A stretch of 20,000 nucleotides of DNA from IMG/VR virus record IMGVR_UViG_3300047359_000488; one strand, given 5' to 3'. Under the pieces are notes generated by a model. The model searched no databases. It was given only the letters and a program-made list of their open reading frames with translations, and was not told the origin of the DNA. The stretch is from an uncultured virus (IMG/VR IMGVR_UViG_3300047359_000488) (taxonomy: Duplodnaviria; Heunggongvirae; Uroviricota; Caudoviricetes). Made by a program: the position numbers and the translations under genes. Below, piece after piece: positions 1 through 6,863 of this stretch. Every line of letters starts with the position of its first letter. The stretch's first letter is position 1.

Positions 1-968
1 ACTATCTCAATAGGATTAATACTAACTAATCCAGTATCAACATGTTCTTTCATAAACTTCATTTTAGATACAAGTTTTTCAGAACTAACAGGTTTCTTTT
101 TACGAGGCTTTCGGTCAAATTTTGCATTAGCAATTACCATATCACAAGCCTGTACAATACTCTTATACATTTCGTACATTGCTTTAATTTCAGACTTTTC
201 TAAATGAGAATAGCCTTCAATAAGTTGTTCGTGCCAATCAAGTTCCTTTTCAGACATTCCTTTTGTCTTAGGAGGATTAATTAGTTCATCATACTCATTA
301 AAATTTGCAACGTACAACTCCCTAATAACTTTAGCGTGATTGGCTTTTGCTTCCTGCTTACGCAAAATATTAATAGGCTTGAAATTTTTCAATGAGTTTG
401 TATCCATATCAAATTCATCAATAAAGTCTTCTAATTCATCTGTCATAGACAATGCTTTTAAACGTAGAAGTTCTTGTATAGAAGGACGATATTTATTTTT
501 CTTTTGTTCTTCTTTTTCTACTTCTTCTTTTGCCTCACGCATTTCTTTTCCACGTGCGATTGCAGTAGTAACTTGTTTGCGAATAAATTCACTAATTGGA
601 GTTATGTGTCCGCCAGTGCCCGGAAGAGTTTGCCAGTAATCATCTTCCTTTTGATTAAAGTCAGGCATACCATCCAGTAGTAACCTTGAACATATTGCAC
701 ATGTTACACTCAATGACGATTCTGGTGGGATCTTTGCTAACTTTATTTCTTCGTTTGTATATCCGTTCTTTCCCATCCATGAAAATATGTATGCATATAA
801 ATCTTTTGGTTGATAATTTTCATAGTAGAAACTACGGGCATGTTCTTTCTTACGATGATATTCTGCTCCGGACAAAGTTTCCCAACCATCCCATTTCGGT
901 GATTCTAGTTTTGCTCCTCGTTTGGATGGGGCTCTCTTTATTGCTTTTTTCTTTTTCGCCAATGCCAT
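1..968 (-). CDS. Conserved T4-like phage hypothetical protein, 3' end truncated by the window edge (not in the ORF track)
   Basis: Manual translation from ATG at 968 (GGAG RBS upstream): MALAKKKKAIKRAPSKRGAKLESPKWDGW...KFDRKPRKKKPVSSEKLVSKMKFMKEHVDTGLVSINPIEIV, open to position 1. The KPRKKKP..EKLV.K.K....LVSINP segment is recalled from hypothetical proteins of large T4-like phages. Confidence 0.85.
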   Translation of the reverse strand, partial: MALAKKKKAIKRAPSKRGAKLESPKWDGWETLSGAEYHRKKEHARSFYYENYQPKDLYAYIFSWMGKNGYTNEEIKLAKIPPESSLSVTCAICSRLLLDGMPDFNQKEDDYWQTLPGTGGHITPISEFIRKQVTTAIARGKEMREAKEEVEKEEQKKNKYRPSIQELLRLKALSMTDELEDFIDEFDMDTNSLKNFKPINILRKQEAKANHAKVIRELYVANFNEYDELINPPKTKGMSEKELDWHEQLIEGYSHLEKSEIKAMYEMYKSIVQACDMVIANAKFDRKPRKKKPVSSEKLVSKMKFMKEHVDTGLVSINPIEI

Positions 969-1013
969 TTAATTTTCGCTCCGTGATAATTCGAATCATT
1001 TAATCTCAGTTTC

Positions 1014-1043
1014 TATTTAACTACAAATAGTGTTTTTTGTCAA
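1014..1043 (-). promoter_or_regulatory. Possible promoter for the 1-968 gene
   Basis: Minus strand TTGACA (1043-1038) followed after 18 nt by TAAATA (1019-1014), which could act as a weak -10 or as the late promoter core. Confidence 0.4.
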
Positions 1044-1738
1044 GTTTTAAGTCTATCCGTGTTATTATCTAACAAATTAGCATCCTCAAGTACATCATTG
1101 CGTAGTGCGTTTATAAGCAATGCACTTCTATATAAATTAGATTTATTAGGCATTGTACTATGCAATGTTCTACCATCATACATTAGCACATCACCTGCTT
1201 TTGCTAAAAATTGGTGACCTTCATTAACTAATCTATCATTGTAATGCTCTTGGTTGTCCTGAATATCTTTATAATATATCTTTTCCAAATGCGAACCAGG
1301 AAGATACGCAGTGCCGCCATTCTCTAAAGTGAAATCATTAAGAGGTATAATTATTTGTACACCCAATGTAGCATCTACTTTGGCATATTTTTCAAATCGA
1401 TAAGGCGTATCTATGTGTGCATAAATTTTACTTGATTTAGGTGCAGTGGTAATACAGTCAACCGCATGTATATTCCACTCCTTGGATCCAAATAACGTAT
1501 CAATATACTTGTTTAATGGTACAACAACTGGTAACCACATTTCTCTAGGAGGTGCTTTTGTCCACCAAACATCATATGTACGTTTTCCGTCATGTTCATT
1601 ATAGTAAATACCGTCTGATCCATTGCCTCTGTGTGCATTATCAGGGTTCATTGCCCATAATCTAAATTGTTCTATTGCAATTCTAGGTAAATAATCACGT
1701 GCAATAATATATCCTGCACTAGTTAATCGGTCATCCAT
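1040..1738 (-). CDS. Phytanoyl-CoA dioxygenase (PhyH)-family 2OG-Fe(II) oxygenase
   Basis: HxD (AHIDTP), PLNDFTLENGGTAYLPGSH, KAGDVLMYDGRTLH and downstream N..R match the PhyH fold facial triad and 2OG-binding Arg; AGGAG RBS. Confidence 0.88.
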   Translation of the reverse strand: MDDRLTSAGYIIARDYLPRIAIEQFRLWAMNPDNAHRGNGSDGIYYNEHDGKRTYDVWWTKAPPREMWLPVVVPLNKYIDTLFGSKEWNIHAVDCITTAPKSSKIYAHIDTPYRFEKYAKVDATLGVQIIIPLNDFTLENGGTAYLPGSHLEKIYYKDIQDNQEHYNDRLVNEGHQFLAKAGDVLMYDGRTLHSTMPNKSNLYRSALLINALRNDVLEDANLLDNNTDRLKT

Positions 1739-1764
1739 GTGTTATGCTCCTACATATATTCCTT

Positions 1765-1793
1765 ATTATATGATAAATACGTATAGAAGTCAA
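1765..1793 (-). promoter_or_regulatory. Sigma70-type (early) promoter for the dioxygenase
   Basis: Minus strand TTGACT (1793-1788), 17-nt spacer, TATAAT (1770-1765). Confidence 0.75.
1772..1780 (+). promoter_or_regulatory. Late promoter (T4 gp55-type TAAATA core) for the neck operon
   Basis: GATAAATAC about 25 nt before the ATG at 1805; the same 9-mer recurs upstream of structural genes at 11124 and 19655. Confidence 0.7.
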
Positions 1794-1804
1794 GGAAAAA
1801 AAAT

Positions 1805-2800
1805 ATGCCAAGATTAAGTTTATGGAATCCTCGTAAGGGAAATGATTACAAATTCATCGATAAGATGGTGAAGGGGCACTTCGACCACGGCGGTACCTCA
1901 CTACTTGTTCACAAATATTTAGGTTCACAAGACACAACTGATCCTGACTATGACCCTACCAAACCAGCAATACAAGATTTGCTATTCATGGAGAACCGTG
2001 ACAGAAAATATGATGATAACATCTATGACCTACGTGGCGTATATACAGTTACAGACCAAGATATGGACTTATCTCAGTTTGGTATGTTCCTAGGCAATGA
2101 CCAGATTATCTTTACTTGTCATATAAATGATATGGTAGAAAAATTAGGAAGAAAAATAATGACAGGAGATGTCATTGAACTTCCACATATGAGAGAAGAC
2201 CTATTACTTGATGAAGAGGCTTCGGCAGTAAATCAATATTGGGTCGTACAAGATGCATCAAAAGCCGCAGAAGGATTTGATCCAGGTTGGTGGCCTCACA
2301 TATGGCGTTTCCGTTGTAAACAATTACAAGATACACAAGAATACTCAGATATACTTGGAACAGGCGAAGAAGCAGATGATTTGAAAAATCTTCTGTCTAC
2401 ATACAATAAAGAATTACAAGTCAATGATGCCATTGTAGAAGAAGCCCAAGAAAATGTTCCAGGAAAGTATTGGGATTATAGAACAAACAGTTTACAGTAT
2501 GTAAAGGGTGGCGAACATCCAGAAGATTTAGATATGGCAACTGTTGCAAATGGTAAGAGTTTTCCAAATGAACCAGCAGAGAATACTTATTTCTTAAGAA
2601 CTGATTATTCTCCAAATAGACTGTTTCAATACCGTGTTAATAAATGGTACAAGATAGAAGACAGTGACGGTGGTTGGGAAGTTGGTAATCACTTGCATCA
2701 TAAATTTATCAATAACGATGGCGTAGTCAAACTAGAAGACGGCACAGTTGTTGCAGGAAAGGTTAATTTGTCAAAAGCAGTTAAACCAAAGGTAGATTAA
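1805..2800 (+). CDS. gp14: Neck / head-closure protein, T4 gp14-like
   Basis: IQDLLFMENRDRKY, DLSQFGMFL, GDVIELP motifs correspond to gp14-family D.LF.E, SKFG and GDLIY.P motifs; directly upstream of a gp15-like gene. Confidence 0.7.
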   Translation: MPRLSLWNPRKGNDYKFIDKMVKGHFDHGGTSLLVHKYLGSQDTTDPDYDPTKPAIQDLLFMENRDRKYDDNIYDLRGVYTVTDQDMDLSQFGMFLGNDQIIFTCHINDMVEKLGRKIMTGDVIELPHMREDLLLDEEASAVNQYWVVQDASKAAEGFDPGWWPHIWRFRCKQLQDTQEYSDILGTGEEADDLKNLLSTYNKELQVNDAIVEEAQENVPGKYWDYRTNSLQYVKGGEHPEDLDMATVANGKSFPNEPAENTYFLRTDYSPNRLFQYRVNKWYKIEDSDGGWEVGNHLHHKFINNDGVVKLEDGTVVAGKVNLSKAVKPKVD

Positions 2801-2801
2801 T

Positions 2802-4181
2802 ATGGCGACAGTAAAGCAAACACATTTTTACGATGAACAAATAAGACGATATATTCTACAGTTTATTAGGATATTCAGTGGGTTCACAGTAAAAACTGGT
2901 AAGAAAATGAACGACGGTGTAACTGATTATTATATAAGAACACCAGCAAGATATGGTGACGTATCTCGAATGGCGGCTACTATTATGAAAGGTAATAGTG
3001 AAAATATTATCAATTCGGCTCCATTTATTAGTTGTTGGATACAAAGTTTACAACCAGATAGGTCAAGAGTACAAGAACCATTCTTCAATGATGCTGTAGC
3101 AGTCACAGAACGTAAGTTTGATGAGAACACACAAAAGTACACAAATGCAGAAGGCAATAGGTATAATGTTAAAAGACTTATGCCAGTTCCTTATCTACTA
3201 AACATGCAAGTTGATGTTTGGACTAGTAATACAGACCAAAAATTACAACTAATGGAACAAATATTAGTGTTATTCAATCCAGCGTTAGAGATACAACACA
3301 ATGACAACCCTGTTGATTGGACTACAATTACTACTGTAGAACTAACTGATATTCAGTGGTCAAGTAGAGGTATTCCTGCAGGCATTGAAGACCAAATCGA
3401 TATTGCTACTATGTTCTTTCAAATACCTATTTGGATTAATCCTCCAGCACAAGTAACAAGACAAAATGTTATAAGAAACATTATACACAACTTATACACA
3501 TACTCAGATTTAGATACATTAGATTATGATCCTGATGCATTTGAATTCTTTAGAGATTTACAAAAAGAAGCAAGTGTGGTAGTAACACCCGAAAATTATG
3601 CATTACAAATTACTGAAAATAATGGTCAGTATGTCGCACAGCCTCTGGCAAACGGCAATTATGCCGATGGCATAAAGTGGGAAGATGTTTTCAAAAATTA
3701 TGGAAATTTAGATGATGGGATATCAAGATTAAGACTTAAATTTCATGGAAATCTTGAAGATGATGGGTCTGATATTATCGGTACAATATCTTCAACACCA
3801 AATCCTGAAATAATTGAATTCGCTGTAGATACTGCAACATTGCCAACTAATACAATTGGCGCAGTAGATAGGGTCATAGATGCAGGCAATGTTAAGCCTG
3901 GATTTAATAACTTTCCAAATCCTGCACTAGGTCAAAGGTATCTTTCATTGACTGATGCTAATTCTCAAAGCATATGGGGAATAGATATAAATGAAAATGA
4001 TATAATTGAGTATAACGGCAGTGGCTGGATTAAATCTTTTGATTCCAAAACATATACTTTACGTGCATATGTAACAAATGCAAAAACTGGACAACAGTTT
4101 AAGTTTGAAGATGGAACATGGAATGACACATTCCAAGGAATTTATGATGGTGGATATTGGCGACTAGAGTTACTACAATAG
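2802..4181 (+). CDS. gp15: Tail terminator / sheath stabiliser, T4 gp15-like, with C-terminal extension
   Basis: N-terminal FYDEQIRRYILQFIRIFS, P.RYG, MPVPY.L and QLMEQILVLFNP motifs typical of gp15; follows the gp14-like gene by 1 nt. Confidence 0.78.
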   Translation: MATVKQTHFYDEQIRRYILQFIRIFSGFTVKTGKKMNDGVTDYYIRTPARYGDVSRMAATIMKGNSENIINSAPFISCWIQSLQPDRSRVQEPFFNDAVAVTERKFDENTQKYTNAEGNRYNVKRLMPVPYLLNMQVDVWTSNTDQKLQLMEQILVLFNPALEIQHNDNPVDWTTITTVELTDIQWSSRGIPAGIEDQIDIATMFFQIPIWINPPAQVTRQNVIRNIIHNLYTYSDLDTLDYDPDAFEFFRDLQKEASVVVTPENYALQITENNGQYVAQPLANGNYADGIKWEDVFKNYGNLDDGISRLRLKFHGNLEDDGSDIIGTISSTPNPEIIEFAVDTATLPTNTIGAVDRVIDAGNVKPGFNNFPNPALGQRYLSLTDANSQSIWGIDINENDIIEYNGSGWIKSFDSKTYTLRAYVTNAKTGQQFKFEDGTWNDTFQGIYDGGYWRLELLQ

Positions 4182-4195
4182 GAAAGTTGTAAAAA

Positions 4196-4621
4196 ATGTT
4201 AAAAGCCGCGGGCGCATGTATAATTGCTAAAGACACAAAAAGAATTATTCTTCAACAAAGAGACAAATCAGGTTCACATCCACGAAATTGGGGATTTTGG
4301 GGTGGCAAAGTTGAAGAAAACGAAAATATTGCACAAGCGTTACTAAGAGAAGTATGTGAAGAACTTGGACTTGATATCAAAGATGATATAAACAAAATTT
4401 ATCCTCTAGACCAATATCATTCAAGAAACAAAGATTTCAGTTATTATTCGTTTGTGATAATTGTAGAGAAAGAATTTATACCAACACTCAACCATGAGAG
4501 TGGAGGATATGCTTGGATAGAGCATGATTATTTCCCAAAACCACTACACCCTGGTACACGTAGAACATTATTTAAAAAACATAAATTAAGAGTGATTAGA
4601 GACATTATATCGTCACTATAA
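4196..4621 (+). CDS. Nudix hydrolase
   Basis: Complete Nudix box GKVEENENIAQALLREVCEELGL (GX5EX7REUXEEXGU); C-terminal LNHES.GYAW...P.PLHPG. Confidence 0.92.
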   Translation: MLKAAGACIIAKDTKRIILQQRDKSGSHPRNWGFWGGKVEENENIAQALLREVCEELGLDIKDDINKIYPLDQYHSRNKDFSYYSFVIIVEKEFIPTLNHESGGYAWIEHDYFPKPLHPGTRRTLFKKHKLRVIRDIISSL

Positions 4622-4637
4622 TATTTGTAGATTCTAT

Positions 4638-4643
4638 TAAATA
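4638..4643 (+). promoter_or_regulatory. Putative late promoter
   Basis: TAAATA (in ATTAAATAC) in the 39-nt gap before the GGAG RBS and GTG at 4661. Confidence 0.5.
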
Positions 4644-4660
4644 CTGTATGGGAGAAGTGA

Positions 4661-5362
4661 GTGGAAACAGGCATAATAGATTTTAAAAAACAAAAGTTCA
4701 TTAGGGACTGTATTGAGTACCTAAAGACCGGGAATGCTGAGGTTGAACTCCGAGCCATCATTAATAGTGCCACACCAGAATATATAGAATATATTAAAAA
4801 AGATATAGAATACGATACTATTATAGTAATAGACGCTGTAATAAAAAAGATTAGAACATCATCACAAAAGAAAATAACATCTAATCGTCAAAAAATTAAT
4901 ATAATTGCATTAGCAACATTAGAAAGATTAGCGACCGATGATGTAAGATTTGAAATTAAAGAAGTCACAGAAAGATATAGAGAAACTATAAATCCAGTAA
5001 AAGCATTATATTATGATTTACAAGAGATTATGTTTCTTTATGACGGCAAACCTAAAAATAAACACCACAAGTTTTTAATAGAAAAATTCTCTAACAAAGA
5101 ATCATTTAATGATATCATCGTAGCAGTTGATAAAGATTTGCTAGATTTACAAGAATGTAGAGAAAGAATTATACAAATAAGAGAAGAACTTGGATTTGCA
5201 AATAAGAGCGAATATTACAAGAAAATAATAGACTTGTATAATGAAATGCTACAATGGAAAAGACTATTCGAAACGTTTCCCGTTTGGGTGGATGAGCATT
5301 CTAATGCTCAGGGTGGCGGATTATATCAAACACTTAAAAATTTCTTCTGCGGAGAAGAATAA
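4661..5362 (+). CDS. Hypothetical alpha-helical / coiled-coil protein
   Basis: 233-aa ORF, GTG start with GGGAG RBS, rich in I/K/E, ends at a terminator hairpin; no family recognised. Confidence 0.75.
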   Translation: METGIIDFKKQKFIRDCIEYLKTGNAEVELRAIINSATPEYIEYIKKDIEYDTIIVIDAVIKKIRTSSQKKITSNRQKINIIALATLERLATDDVRFEIKEVTERYRETINPVKALYYDLQEIMFLYDGKPKNKHHKFLIEKFSNKESFNDIIVAVDKDLLDLQECRERIIQIREELGFANKSEYYKKIIDLYNEMLQWKRLFETFPVWVDEHSNAQGGGLYQTLKNFFCGEE

Positions 5363-5381
5363 AGGGCGCCGTAGCGCCCTT
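5362..5381. terminator. Hairpin between convergent genes, probable intrinsic terminator (best on minus strand)
   Basis: AAGGGCGC-CGTA-GCGCCCTT perfect 8-bp stem; on the minus strand the loop is c(UACG)g, a UNCG tetraloop, followed by U-rich sequence. Confidence 0.75.
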
Positions 5382-5406
5382 CATGTATCTTTATATTATT
5401 AAATTG

Positions 5407-5511
5407 CTATACTGCATTAGCAGGTACGTGACCGCCAAACATGTACCAAGCAACAATTACTACAACTGCTACTGCAATCCATACTTTTTTATTCTTCATT
5501 AGTTTCTTCAT
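5407..5511 (-). CDS. 34-aa single-pass membrane peptide (not in the ORF track)
   Basis: MKKLMKNKKVWIAVAVVVIVAWYMFGGHVPANAV*; strong AAGGAGGAG RBS just upstream of the ATG; basic N-terminus plus hydrophobic helix. Confidence 0.8.
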   Translation of the reverse strand: MKKLMKNKKVWIAVAVVVIVAWYMFGGHVPANAV

Positions 5512-5526
5512 AACTTTCTCCTCCTT

Positions 5527-5560
5527 AAAAAAAAGAAGGCCGACTATGATGCCGACCTTC
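5527..5560 (-). terminator. Intrinsic terminator after the fibre cassette
   Basis: Minus strand GAAGGTCGGC-ATCATA-GTCGGCCTTC (10-bp stem, two G-U pairs) followed by T8. Confidence 0.85.
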
Positions 5561-5586
5561 CCTATATTGTAAAATTATTAAGTTAC

Positions 5587-6777
5587 TTACTTACCTACTT
5601 TAACTTCTACCATACCTTCGCCTTCTTCAAGTTTATCCTTGATAGCGATACCGATATATGCAGTCATTTTAGGATCGTGGTCTTCTTTCCATGCTGTAGC
5701 ATGACCTTTGTTATCAGCCGCTACCATGATGTCGCCTTTTTTGACTGACCCCATAGTTTTAACTGGAACACGACCTTGTAGTGCGATAGCTGGGTGTGAC
5801 GCATCATCACCTGCTTCGCCATTCATTAGATAAGCTGGTTTCATTGAAACAACACCTGCTAGTCTGTCACAACCGTGACCTTCTGCCGCTGTTACTTCTT
5901 TTTCGCCACCAAACATCATTACTGTGCCTTCTTCGTATTCTGCATCTGCTTCATAACGTTCTGCAAGGTCGGCATATTTTGCCGTTGTTGCTTCACCGTT
6001 GAAACGTGTTGCTGTCACGTCACCACCATTAGCAGTGATATCACCCGATACTGTAAAGTTACCAGTATATGAACCGTCCATTGCGATTGTTCTGTCTGCA
6101 CTTAAGTCACCACCGCCTGAAAGACCGTTACCCGCAGTAATAGTTCTTGCGTGTGCGGCTTTTGTTGCGATTGAGTCAGTGATTGTTGTGCTAAAGTTCG
6201 CATCATCACCAAGAGCCGCCGCTAGTTCGTTTAGTGTATCTAATGAACCAGGTGCCGCATTCACTACTGCATTCGCGGCATCTGTTGCCGCCGTGTCTGC
6301 ATAAGATTTTGTCGCTATTGTTGACGTATCAACATTGATTTGATTGTTCGCATCATCGTATGATAGACCTGTGTTAGCCATACCACCGATTAAGTCTTGA
6401 ACAACTTCTTGTGCAGTTGCACCAAGAGTTAGACCTGCTTGTACATCTAGTGTACCTGCAACATCGGCGCCGCCGTCTAAATTAGCAGTTCCATCAACTT
6501 CAATTTGATTTTTGAATTTGATTTTACCACTCATAGTTTTGGCGATTGTTGCACCACCATCACCTTTATCTTGCGATGCAAGAATAGATACGTTACGTTC
6601 TAGGTCTGAAATACGTCTTAAATTTGATTTTGTACCAGTGAAGATAATATCATCAGTGGTCATATCGACTGTGCCTGTAATCTCTGCAATGTTACCAGTA
6701 CTGTCATACTTATAACGCTTACCACGTTGAATTTTTGTATTCGTGGAACCGTTGTGTCTAAATTTTCTTCCCATCAT
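5587..6777 (-). CDS. Fibre/appendage protein with C-terminal putative intramolecular chaperone (Peptidase G2-like) domain
   Basis: APGSLDTLNELAAALGDDANFSTT tail-fibre motif; ITAGNGLSGGGDLSADRTI motif; C-terminal YADLAERY...GVVS..PAYLMN...IALQGRVPVK..G.VKKGD domain; AAGGAG RBS. Confidence 0.75.
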   Translation of the reverse strand: MMGRKFRHNGSTNTKIQRGKRYKYDSTGNIAEITGTVDMTTDDIIFTGTKSNLRRISDLERNVSILASQDKGDGGATIAKTMSGKIKFKNQIEVDGTANLDGGADVAGTLDVQAGLTLGATAQEVVQDLIGGMANTGLSYDDANNQINVDTSTIATKSYADTAATDAANAVVNAAPGSLDTLNELAAALGDDANFSTTITDSIATKAAHARTITAGNGLSGGGDLSADRTIAMDGSYTGNFTVSGDITANGGDVTATRFNGEATTAKYADLAERYEADAEYEEGTVMMFGGEKEVTAAEGHGCDRLAGVVSMKPAYLMNGEAGDDASHPAIALQGRVPVKTMGSVKKGDIMVAADNKGHATAWKEDHDPKMTAYIGIAIKDKLEEGEGMVEVKVGK

Positions 6778-6829
6778 TGTCTCCTTAAATCGAAAGGTCT
6801 TTAGATGACCTCATGTTCATAATTGAACT

Positions 6830-6852
6830 GTAGGGGAGATAAACTCCCCTAC
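6830..6852 (-). promoter_or_regulatory. Strong intergenic hairpin without U-tract (processing/stability element or weak terminator)
   Basis: GTAGGGGAG-ATAAA-CTCCCCTAC perfect 9-bp stem, 11 nt after the stop of the 788-aa gene. Confidence 0.6.
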
Positions 6853-6863
6853 GTTGTTAAGTT

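Noticed and set aside
340..1003. Plus-strand ORFs 340-639, 474-680 and 686-1003
   Set aside because: They overlap the continuous minus-strand gene 1-968, which has an RBS and protein-like composition.
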